Shown here: piece after piece, positions 1 through 8,098 of the stretch | Numbering within the stretch: the first letter of the stretch is position 1 | How the letters are laid out: every line of letters begins with the position of its first letter | DNA from: Nitrososphaeria archaeon | GTDB lineage: Archaea > Thermoproteota > Nitrososphaeria > JACIWG01 | DNA length: 24,581 nucleotides | Direction: 5' to 3' | Assembly (NCBI GenBank): GCA_050011875.1 | Contig: JBEKIG010000022.1 | Coordinates: 1 to 24,581, forward strand | The notes under the pieces: generated by a model | What the model was told of the DNA's origin: nothing | Seen by the model: only the letters and a program-made list of their open reading frames with translations | Databases searched by the model: none | Made by a program: the position numbers and the translations under genes

Positions 1-373
1 AAAAATAAAATATTTTCCCACCAAAATTAAGAATTAAACCTGAGAATTTGCCTTTCCTCGCAACCCTCCTCATATCTCACATGTCGCTGTCTGGGTCTCT
101 AATACGTATGTCGCTGGATTGGCACTCTCCTATTAGCAGAGCCTATTCGATAAGGATTTTTTCCTTTTTGGTGAAACTATTATGTTCTGATTGTTTAATC
201 CACTTAGATTAGTCCTATTTCAAGAGAAAGCTAACTTAACTCACGATTTTCATTCTTAGTTATAGTAAGATTGTTGGGTGATGCATCTCCTATCTCACAT
301 TAAAATATATCATCGACCAAAAAATAAAACATATTATAGACACTTTTTACTTATAAGCACAGTGGGTATCTAG

Positions 374-790
374 ATGGAAAATGACGAAAACAAAGAATTA
401 GAAAGAATCAAACAAGCAAAATTGCGAGAGAAGATGAAAAGGTTGGCTTCTGAAAAACAAGGAACATCCTTGAATGAACCTGTTGAGATGACTGATGCAA
501 CGTTTAAAGAAATGATTCAGAATCATTCGCTGGTAGTGGTTGATTGTTGGGCGCCTTGGTGTGGTCCATGTCAAATGGTTGCCCCTGTTATAAAGGAACT
601 GGCGCGAGATTATGCAGGGAAAATCTTATTTGGAAAGCTGAACGTGGACAATAATCAAGAAGTTAGTACACAGTATGAAATAATGAGTATCCCAACACTG
701 TTAGTGTTCAAAAATGGAAAACTTGTAGACACGATTATCGGCGCAGCACCAAGACAAATGCTGGAACCGAAAATAAGAAGTTATCTTTAA
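374..790 (+). CDS. trxA: Thioredoxin with charged N-terminal extension
   Basis: Canonical WCGPC active site in VVVDCWAPWCGPC, plus SIPT cis-Pro motif and KLNVD. Confidence 0.95.
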   Translation: MENDENKELERIKQAKLREKMKRLASEKQGTSLNEPVEMTDATFKEMIQNHSLVVVDCWAPWCGPCQMVAPVIKELARDYAGKILFGKLNVDNNQEVSTQYEIMSIPTLLVFKNGKLVDTIIGAAPRQMLEPKIRSYL

Positions 791-795
791 AACTG

Positions 796-970
796 ATGCA
801 ATTGATTGTAGAGATAGAAATAAACAATGACAAATGCATTGAATGTAAGGAATACATTAAAGCATGCGAATACGATAGTACTAAAGTGATTTGACGACAT
901 GCCAATGGCCGTAAATCCTAAAAGTTGTGCGCTTTGTTTTAGGAAAAATAAATGTTCTGTTAAGTCTTAA
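796..970 (+). pseudogene. Degenerate 2x[4Fe-4S] ferredoxin
   Basis: ATG at 796 gives MQLIVEIEINNDKCIECKEYIKACEYD (CxxCxxYxxxC, third Cys replaced by Tyr). After a 1-nt shift it continues VLK*FDDMPMAVNPKSCALCFRKNKCSV*, a damaged second motif. Not in the ORF track. Confidence 0.75.
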
Positions 971-1037
971 GGTGATTATTCTCCATGCTAACTGTCGTCT
1001 CGAACTCCCTGACGCTGAGGAGGTTCAAGCCCAGGCT

Positions 1038-1268
1038 ATGACGATAGCAAGCGGGAGAGTTTCGTTCACCGTGAACTCCGTGGACTGCATCGTATATATG
1101 CCGATCTTCCAAAGGAAACTGGTAAATCTTAAAAGAATCAAGAGCGTGAAGCCCCTGCCCATGCTCAACAAGATTGTAATCGAGTTTTCCCCCGCCGACG
1201 TCTCGGAGGTGGAAGTGAAGAAGGAGGTCAGGGATTCCGACCTCGTTATGGGTCGGAAAATCCTTTAA
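1038..1268 (+). CDS. Heavy-metal-associated (HMA/CopZ-like) small protein with a degenerate metal motif, possibly decaying
   Basis: From ATG 1038: FTVNSVDCIVYMPIFQRKL...IKSVKPLPMLNKIVIEF fits the HMA fold pattern, but CxxC reads CIVY. The 927 start overlaps the ferredoxin remnant and is unlikely. Confidence 0.55.
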   Translation: MTIASGRVSFTVNSVDCIVYMPIFQRKLVNLKRIKSVKPLPMLNKIVIEFSPADVSEVEVKKEVRDSDLVMGRKIL

Positions 1269-1708
1269 GAAAATGCTCCAGTTGCGTTAGGTGTGTTTTC
1301 TGGCACTTGTTGGGTGATATCCCAATATTCTGCAATCTTGTCTTTACTGAAACGGAATAGATGGACTTGCCTTAACCCTCCGTCATTTGGTCTGGAGCTG
1401 GAGAGTTGAGTATGCACTGCAACCATGTCTCCGTCAGCAAGGACCTGCCTGATGTTGAGCTTAAAGTCAGCTTTCGACCCTTTTGAAATTCCTTCCGCTC
1501 CTTGTTTTTGAACGGCGATTATTGCGTCGATTATCGTTTCCATGGTACCGGGAATGTAGGGATTGTGGGTCTTACATTCAGGGGTAAAAAAACGCAGCCC
1601 GTCCTTTGGTCTTCCTAAACCAACTAAATTGAGAAATTCGACTGCAATGTTCTTATGGACTTTATTAACATCGTTTTTAGGTACCTTAAAAGGTGTCTTG
1701 CTATCCAT
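1265..1708 (-). CDS. SnoaL-like / NTF2-fold protein
   Basis: HNPYIP, RQVLADGDMVAVH and VHLFRFSKDKIAEYWD are typical SnoaL motifs. Confidence 0.88.
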   Translation of the reverse strand: MDSKTPFKVPKNDVNKVHKNIAVEFLNLVGLGRPKDGLRFFTPECKTHNPYIPGTMETIIDAIIAVQKQGAEGISKGSKADFKLNIRQVLADGDMVAVHTQLSSSRPNDGGLRQVHLFRFSKDKIAEYWDITQQVPENTPNATGAFS

Positions 1709-1765
1709 TTTTTCACCAAAAAAGTTTAGGAATTAACAAATTTAAGCGTATTGATAAGCGCAGCC

Positions 1766-2132
1766 TTTTGCTCAATATCGCCGCTAAAATCAGAGGCTGT
1801 GTCTCCTTATCTGTCAGCTTTCCCTTAGCAATCACCCTGCCCTTGTACGTCGAGTAAAGATCGTTTATCTTGCCTGCAACTTTTGGCGCAATTTGGTTAA
1901 TAAAAAATTAACTGATTTGGTTAAGGATCATTACCGAATCGGTTAAGTGCTTTTAAAATTGATTGAGCTAAAGACAAACATCTAAATTTGGTTTGGCTCA
2001 ACACGTTTTAAAACAAAATGCTATCGATAACTATTTCCTGTTGGCTCAACTTAAATGCGTTCTGCATGAGTCTTAAAACGCACTGGCTCAACATGTTTTT
2101 TTGTTCAATTATTAACTTAACCAATTTGGTAA
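1766..2132. repeat. Non-coding modular repeat element, copy 1 (GCTCAA boxes plus TWACC-N5-GGTWA dyads)
   Basis: 1788-1823 matches 3145-3180 at 28/36 nt. 2084-2108 is identical to 3303-3327 (25 nt). Dyads at 1909, 1931 and 2118; TGGCTCAAC near 1994, 2042 and 2084. Confidence 0.7.
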
Positions 2133-3043
2133 AGTTTGTTAAATAATAGGTATATGCAAGCAAAGCATTCTTGTTCCTTGAATTTTCACGTGGAGTGTTC
2201 GAGCAGATCTAAGTACGTATGATTCTATTATCTGATCTACTGTTTTTGTTCCGTTAAATATTGGAGGTCTTGCTCAGTTAGTTTGTGAGTGGATTGAACG
2301 AACCAGCCTCAATTCTTTATTGGATCTTTGCCAGTAAACGCTTCAAATTGGGACTGTAAGTCTACATCATGTAGATTACCTTGAAAAATTGTTTCCGATT
2401 TTGGAGAAGCATATTACTGCCAAGGCTAAAACGCTTGTGGTTAAAGGTCACATCGATTCTTTATGGGGATGAATGTAAAAACTGCACTTTTTGGAGTGTC
2501 TGGGAATCATGAGTTCCAACGTTAGGTTATTGCAGATTTTCCCACCTTGACACTATGCCCCCCCTTTGAAATTGAGTTTTATGTCCTCCTTATCAGGATA
2601 ATGAGCTATAAATATCGAAAGCAATAAAAAAAGAGACTTGTCAATTGCGATTTTTATTTCTCAGATTTAATAAAGTATTATATTACAGAAGGTTTAGATT
2701 CAAATATTTTCGTAAAGGTAAAGATATGTAACCACATTAGTCTTTTAACTTTAGCTCTTAGAAAGGGATTCACGATGGATGAGGAATGATAATGCTTAAA
2801 AAATGAACCTATCTACTTTTTTGTATTATCTCTGTACTAGGTATTACGCTGTTAATTTACTTGATGGCGTTTATGAAATTTACATCCTGAGCTAAGTGGA
2901 ACAAAAGGGGATTTTAGGATACTTTTATATCACTGGGTGAACTATTTCTCGAATTGGTAACAGTTTTTAAGGTCGTTTCAAGGCCAAATTTGCCTAAAAA
3001 AAATAGTGCAAAAACATGCGATTTTTTTATGATGAAACGAGTC

Positions 3044-3327
3044 TGGCACGGCGTCGACGTGCCATTTACCAGTTTGGTAAACGTAAGGGACACATAACCA
3101 GTTTGGTTATATAACCAGTTTGGTTATATCCTAAATGAAGCCAGAATCAGAAGCTCTAGTTCCCTATCGGACAGCTTTCCAAAAATTAAAACTGATTGAG
3201 CAAAAAAAATAAGTGATCACTCTGAGCCAGCAAGCAGAATATTTGGAGTTAGCATTTCCGATTTTTTTTGATTGAGCCGGAATAAATTTCCTTAAAAGTT
3301 TTTGGCTCAACATGTTTTTTTGTTCAA
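3044..3327. repeat. Non-coding modular repeat element, copy 2, with a GC hairpin and tandem 17-bp dyads
   Basis: Hairpin TGGCACG-N7-CGTGCCA at 3044-3064; TTTACCAGTTTGGTAAA at 3065-3081; ATAACCAGTTTGGTTAT twice (3094-3110, 3111-3127); TGAGC/GCTCA boxes near 3194, 3222, 3270 and 3303. Confidence 0.75.
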
Positions 3328-3335
3328 CTATGACA

Positions 3336-4331
3336 TTAACCAGTTGAAGACAGACTTATGTCGACGTAACCTGTCTCCAGGGTTAAACTTGAACCTGAGC
3401 CTAAATCCGTGAATGTAGCGGAAATCTGAATAAAGTACTTGCCAGTGGAAGGCGGTTCATTACCGTTGGATACATTTTGGGATGTATCCCATCTAATTAT
3501 ACTACTTGTTTTTTGTCCGGGCTCCAGAATACTATTATTACCGTTTGATCCGTATGGATATGTAAAGTATGCAAAGGTGTCATACACGAGGCTATGTGAG
3601 TCACGTACATTCACTTCTATATAGTCTCCCATACTCGAAAAGGTTATTCCATTGGTATCGTTGATATTTTCGAGTGTTGCGTTAATCGTTAAGTCATCTC
3701 CCGATCTGATGTTAAGGCTGCTTAAAGTTGCAAGGAGCTCAACTCCATGTTGACTAACTACAATTTGGGAAGGTGAGTTTGAATGAGCTAATAAAAAATT
3801 TTTAACGAGACCGTACATGCTATTATTGACACTGACCTTATAGACGCTGAATTCGTCCTCATACCAAATTGTATTTCCGACGAGATCAAGTTTGATTGAG
3901 GAGCCGTTGCCTAGCTCAAAGGATAGGGTTAGGTCATGCTCATATGCGGCGAGAGCCGTCCGCGTTTTGCCATCGACAACTGCTATCTTAGACGTCATTT
4001 TCGTAACGTTTGAATCTTGGAGATAACTGATGACCTGCCCGCACAGAGAATCATTTCTTTGCATCAAAGCATTTTGACCTGTATTGAAGGACTCTATTAC
4101 GATACTTTGGCAGCTAGAAATTGTATTAACTACATCCGACCAACTATTTGGATAACTTATTGTAATAGTGGTCTCCGTTATTGTAGATGTTGAATAAGAA
4201 GAAGGAGGCAGTGTATCAAAGTAGACAATCAAAATCAGAATCAGAGCGATAACGATGAATCCAGCCTTTGGAATTTTCGGAGTTTCGGCAGACTCCAACT
4301 GTTTAGTTGCAAGGAAGCCTCTGTGAGCCAT
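3336..4331 (-). CDS. N-terminally membrane-anchored surface protein with a C-terminal Ig-like (BsuPI-like) domain
   Basis: Hydrophobic segment GFIVIALILILIVYF, Ser/Thr-rich linker, and C-terminal ILEPGQ...IRWD...PSTGKYFIQISATF pattern. Confidence 0.7.
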   Translation of the reverse strand: MAHRGFLATKQLESAETPKIPKAGFIVIALILILIVYFDTLPPSSYSTSTITETTITISYPNSWSDVVNTISSCQSIVIESFNTGQNALMQRNDSLCGQVISYLQDSNVTKMTSKIAVVDGKTRTALAAYEHDLTLSFELGNGSSIKLDLVGNTIWYEDEFSVYKVSVNNSMYGLVKNFLLAHSNSPSQIVVSQHGVELLATLSSLNIRSGDDLTINATLENINDTNGITFSSMGDYIEVNVRDSHSLVYDTFAYFTYPYGSNGNNSILEPGQKTSSIIRWDTSQNVSNGNEPPSTGKYFIQISATFTDLGSGSSLTLETGYVDISLSSTG

Positions 4332-4525
4332 ATATCATCAACCTATGGAAAGCCATCGGTTTTTAGACATGAGTAGTTTACTTTTGTTACCAAAATTTAG
4401 TCAACACTTGAACATCTATATAACTTTTCCAGTATCTGACCTCCCTGATTGAAAACAGGTTTACATAATCCCCGGTCCAACCCTGAGATTTGTTAAGGTA
4501 AGTATCGATTAAGGATAATTAGGCT

Positions 4526-4599
4526 GTCAAGTCTGTTAAGTTGGTGTTAAGTTTGATGTTAAGTTTTTTGTTAAGCTGTGCGTCAAGTTTTCCGTTAAA
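4526..4599. repeat. Phased GTYAAG repeat array (7 copies, 9-12 bp spacing)
   Basis: GTYAAR at 4526, 4535, 4546, 4558, 4570, 4582 and 4594. Confidence 0.8.
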
Positions 4600-4761
4600 T
4601 TTTGATTTTTTAACGCCAAAAACAGCGTCCGGTTTTTATCTCATTATTTTCCAGCAGACTTATCCGGGGCATCTGTCAAACGTTAAGACGTTTTCCTTGA
4701 CGCAACATTTGCAGGCCTTTGTCCGTAAGTTGGAGGCTGCTGAGGGTCGCTGACAGCTGCT

Positions 4762-4848
4762 GTTGATTGCTGTCGATAAATTGATGCGTGTTGACGGACG
4801 TTGATGATCGTTGATGACCGTTGATGATCGTTGATGATCGTTGACGGT
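4762..4848. repeat. 10-bp tandem repeat, consensus GTTGATGATC
   Basis: RTTGAY at exact 10-bp register at 4780, 4790, 4800, 4810, 4820, 4830 and 4840; degenerate copies at 4762 and 4772. Confidence 0.9.
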
Positions 4849-5263
4849 TTGTAATCTATCCGGTAGCATATCGTATTTGGGGGGCTTTGGGAAAAGCCTC
4901 AGGAAAAGGCACTTATTGGCACAAACTCTCTGGTACGACATCATATAAACAAATTTTCTATTTCTATGCAGTTCACTTCTATAGGGGACCATCAATAATA
5001 TATCTATTAGGGAGTAAACTGTTCACCATAATTTTCTATAGGGGGCCATTATTAATATGTAATTTTGGAGGCGAAACCGAATCTAAATATCTTTGCAGTC
5101 TCAAATTTATAGGTTATAGAGTTCTTTAACGGTCTTTAAGATGTTCCTTTAACTTAAATTTACAAATTGGATAACCAAACTCAGACAGATAGTAGAGAGT
5201 CGAGGTACCGATTAATCTATGTTCAAAGAAAAAGTTAGCATTAGTTCTTGTCCCGGTAAACTT

Positions 5264-5280
5264 AAAAGAAAAAAAGAAAG
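5264..5280 (-). terminator. Oligo-T archaeal terminator of the major pilin gene
   Basis: Minus strand reads CTTTCTTTTTTTCTTTT about 10 nt after the stop codon. Confidence 0.6.
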
Positions 5281-5290
5281 GGGAGGTAGT

Positions 5291-5779
5291 CTATGGTGCT
5301 ACGACTGATGCAGGATAGTCATTGCCAGCTGCTGAGTGAACGGTTATAGCGTAGGTATTTCCTGAAACTAGACCCATTCCTGCAGTAGTACTAAAAGTAA
5401 TTGTCATTATTACGCTTGCGCCTACTGGCAAGGATAATGGTGTTATCTCTGGATTAGCTATAGCAGTTGTAGTAGCACCAGTAGCTATTGTTGACCAACT
5501 AATGGTACCAGCTGGTCCAGTCCAAGCTGATAACGGTTCACCGTTTACGAATATAGCGACTATAGTGGCGGAAGATGAGCCCGCGTTCTTGAGTTGAAGA
5601 ACAACCGTCTGATCATTAGTCGAGTACGCGCTGACTACATCTATTTTTTCGTACTTTGTGAACGTCCCTACTAATCCTGCTGCCCAGAATGCTACCGCAA
5701 TCGCAATAGCGACCGCGACAGCGATCAAAATAACTGTTGCAATTACCGGACTAATACCTTTCCTCTTTTTGAGGTACAT
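5291..5779 (-). CDS. Archaeal type IV pilin, probable major pilin
   Basis: Class III signal peptide MYLKKRKG|ISPVIATVILIAVAVAIAIAVAFW; short beta-rich globular domain; own promoter and terminator. Confidence 0.92.
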   Translation of the reverse strand: MYLKKRKGISPVIATVILIAVAVAIAIAVAFWAAGLVGTFTKYEKIDVVSAYSTNDQTVVLQLKNAGSSSATIVAIFVNGEPLSAWTGPAGTISWSTIATGATTTAIANPEITPLSLPVGASVIMTITFSTTAGMGLVSGNTYAITVHSAAGNDYPASVVAP

Positions 5780-5802
5780 GAAAGATATTCTTATATTAAG
5801 TT

Positions 5803-5816
5803 TATTTAAACCTTTC
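5803..5816 (-). promoter_or_regulatory. BRE/TATA promoter of the major pilin, probably a leaderless transcript
   Basis: Minus strand GAAAGG-TTTAAATA ends 24 nt upstream of the ATG at 5779. Confidence 0.65.
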
Positions 5817-5823
5817 TGAAAAA

Positions 5824-5855
5824 TTTCACAAATCTCTTTATGATTTATTGTGAAA
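5824..5855. promoter_or_regulatory. Inverted repeat (putative operator) between the divergent pilin promoters
   Basis: TTTCACAA (5824-5831) and TTGTGAAA (5848-5855), with inner AATC/GATT symmetry. Confidence 0.4.
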
Positions 5856-5925
5856 ATATCTTACCCATAATAAAATATAAATAGATCTATAATATACGTT
5901 TGCTCAGGTTTCCTTCAAAGATGGA

Positions 5926-6759
5926 TTGATAGATTTGAAAAGAAGAAAGAGGTTTGGTATTTCTGAAGTTGTTAGTACAGCTATATTGATCGCCGTTATA
6001 CTTATCTCGGTTATATTAGCCTTCGGTTATGCCACCTATGTTATCGGAATACAGAATGCGTCAAATGAATTCAGTCAAGATCAGGGGATTACGCTGTCCT
6101 TTGAAAATATGATTGGAGGCCTGATTTATACACCTGATTCCAGCGCCTTTATTCAATATAACTTCAGAACTTCTGGACCGAGCTTCGATAAAACCGGAAA
6201 TAATATCACTCTTGCTATCTCCCAACAAAATGGACCCAACTACACACCTTTAGCAGCAAAAAATGCGTCTATTGCTGTATTTCGAATCAAAGGGGGCTCT
6301 AATGTAGCCACAGTGAACAGCAATCTGGTCGGCAACAGCTCAATTCTCTTGACAGATGCTTCTCAATCAATCGGTAGGGTCACGGTCAATCAGTCTCAAG
6401 GTGCGTGGGTATCTCTAGACTATGCAAGGGTGAGAATCAACTATCTTGGAATCTCCACATTCTATAATGGCACTGGCTTAGAAGAGTTTAATGTAGTTGA
6501 AGTAACCTATCTCAATCTTACAAGAGGAAAGTGGTTTGGCGGAAGCCTCTTAACAATTTCAGCTAGAAACAGTGCGGTGCTATCCTATCAGCTTCCCGTG
6601 TTTGGCATGAACAAACAGATTACATTTACAACGACGGGTGGATGGCCGACTTCTCAGAGTGCGAGTAAAACCCTGACAGGCCTAGGCGGAGATCTTACCA
6701 AGAGAACGATCGTCCGTGTAGTCTTTGCGGAGATTGTGATTACAGTGGGTGGTAGCTAA
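5926..6759 (+). CDS. Minor pilin-like protein with a class III signal peptide
   Basis: KRRKRFG|ISEVVSTAILIAVILISV; many N-x-S/T sequons; first gene of the coupled operon. Confidence 0.85.
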   Translation: MIDLKRRKRFGISEVVSTAILIAVILISVILAFGYATYVIGIQNASNEFSQDQGITLSFENMIGGLIYTPDSSAFIQYNFRTSGPSFDKTGNNITLAISQQNGPNYTPLAAKNASIAVFRIKGGSNVATVNSNLVGNSSILLTDASQSIGRVTVNQSQGAWVSLDYARVRINYLGISTFYNGTGLEEFNVVEVTYLNLTRGKWFGGSLLTISARNSAVLSYQLPVFGMNKQITFTTTGGWPTSQSASKTLTGLGGDLTKRTIVRVVFAEIVITVGGS

Positions 6760-7232
6760 TGTCTTCTAATATCATGGTGCATATCATAGGAACGTTAGCC
6801 ACTTTGGTGATGTTTTTGATTATTTCAGCTGCCACTGTCAGCTATGTTGCATCGATGACTCAAGCCGTAATATCTTCTCAGCTTGAAGAGGTGGCTGCCG
6901 AAGTCTCTTCGACGGCTGTCGACCTCACCGTGTTGGCTGTAAACTCGAAGAGCGAATCGCTCGTTTTAGAGAAGACAATCAATATTCCGACAACTGTAAG
7001 TAATAGCCCCTATTCAGTATTGCTTGTAGAATCCGGCGGTGTATGGCAGGTTATGGCGAGACTAAATGCTCAACCAACTGTTTCAGGGGAAGCCGCATTA
7101 TGGTCTGGGAACTCCCCTACGATAAATATGGTTCAGAGCACGGTCTCCTCGGGCGAACCTTTAATTGTAAGATGTCAGAAGACGACTGTTGGAGACAGCC
7201 CATCCCTGACGATTCAGCTGTTTGGTGGGTGA
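6759..7232 (+). CDS. Pilin-like protein without a basic leader
   Basis: Hydrophobic N-terminal helix HIIGTLATLVMFLIISA, then an amphipathic helix and a beta domain; TAATG overlap with the upstream stop. Confidence 0.7.
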   Translation: MSSNIMVHIIGTLATLVMFLIISAATVSYVASMTQAVISSQLEEVAAEVSSTAVDLTVLAVNSKSESLVLEKTINIPTTVSNSPYSVLLVESGGVWQVMARLNAQPTVSGEAALWSGNSPTINMVQSTVSSGEPLIVRCQKTTVGDSPSLTIQLFGG

Positions 7233-7237
7233 TTTAA

Positions 7238-8098
7238 GTGAATGCTATTTATGAATATATTCTTGCGACTGTTGTCGTGATATTGTTAGTCGGATTGACA
7301 TTTGTCAACTTGACTTCGTCAACGTTTATAGGCATAGACATTCTTAATGGGGATCAGATAAATACGGTCGCGGGGGAAGTCTTTAACAAAATTATACTTA
7401 CACCAGGTGATCCAGTAGACTGGAATAGAACCAATGTCAATTCGCTCGGATTGGCAAAGGTTAATTCTACAGCATTTACCTTAGACAGAGATAAGGTTTT
7501 GTGCCTAAAGAATGGATCAATTAACGGAAATGAAGCTGTGAGGCTTCTGGGCTTAGAACATCTCTACAACTTTTCACTGAGTATATCTCCAGCATTAATT
7601 ATAAATGTCACCAAAATAAGCTATATTGCAGGCCGCCATAGCTTCAACGTTATGGTAAAGGATTTGAATGGTCTACCTGTTTCAACGGTTGTGGTCGAAG
7701 GATATTATGTGAACAATACTGACGATTGGAACACAGGTGATGCTATTGTGCGTAACAGTACTACGACTGGAATTAACGGGCTTGCAACTTTAAACTTCAC
7801 TTCTAAGAATCCCAAAGATGTTGTGCTCCTGATAACTGCAAAGTCGTACACTACAGTTACTCTGGCTGAATTTTATGTGCCAAATTCCTCATATACTTCA
7901 CCTAGTACATTGAATCCTCCGAAGGCTCTTACGGTTCAAGGTGACTATGTGGTTGAGGGCCAACCTATAATCGGTGCTTTCACCTTTCCTTCACCTGAAC
8001 CACAAGGAGTTTTGAAGACGGTCTCCTTAAGCCAATTTGTGAGTATTGACGATTACATGTATGAGGTGAATTTTCACTTTTGGAGCGTGTCACAATGA
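7238..8098 (+). CDS. Pilin-like protein without a basic leader (TPGxPxDW type)
   Basis: MNAIYEYILATVVVILLVG, IILTPGDPVDW...SLGLA and an Ig-like segment TTTGINGLATL; within the operon. Confidence 0.72.
   Translation: MNAIYEYILATVVVILLVGLTFVNLTSSTFIGIDILNGDQINTVAGEVFNKIILTPGDPVDWNRTNVNSLGLAKVNSTAFTLDRDKVLCLKNGSINGNEAVRLLGLEHLYNFSLSISPALIINVTKISYIAGRHSFNVMVKDLNGLPVSTVVVEGYYVNNTDDWNTGDAIVRNSTTTGINGLATLNFTSKNPKDVVLLITAKSYTTVTLAEFYVPNSSYTSPSTLNPPKALTVQGDYVVEGQPIIGAFTFPSPEPQGVLKTVSLSQFVSIDDYMYEVNFHFWSVSQ

Noticed and set aside
1-300. Possible minus-strand gene remnant and short repeats (ATGTCGCTG twice, TATCTCACAT twice)
   Set aside because: Stops in all frames examined and no recognisable family; the repeats are too short to interpret.
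2150-2590. Decayed ORF (minus strand ...FQGNLHDVDLQSQFEAFTGKDPIKN*GWFVQSTHKLTEQDLQYL)
   Set aside because: Protein-like but has several stops, and I cannot assign a family or be sure of the strand.
4526-4848. CRISPR array
   Set aside because: Units are 10-12 bp with no unique spacers, and no cas genes are present.
3439-5129. ORFs 3439-3624, 4541-4753, 4660-4995 and 4887-5129
   Set aside because: Antisense shadow of a real gene or translations of the repeat arrays; no coding features.
5370-5560. A/T-ending codon run in the variable part of the major pilin as a swapped cassette
   Set aside because: Short, and equally explained by expression-related codon bias.
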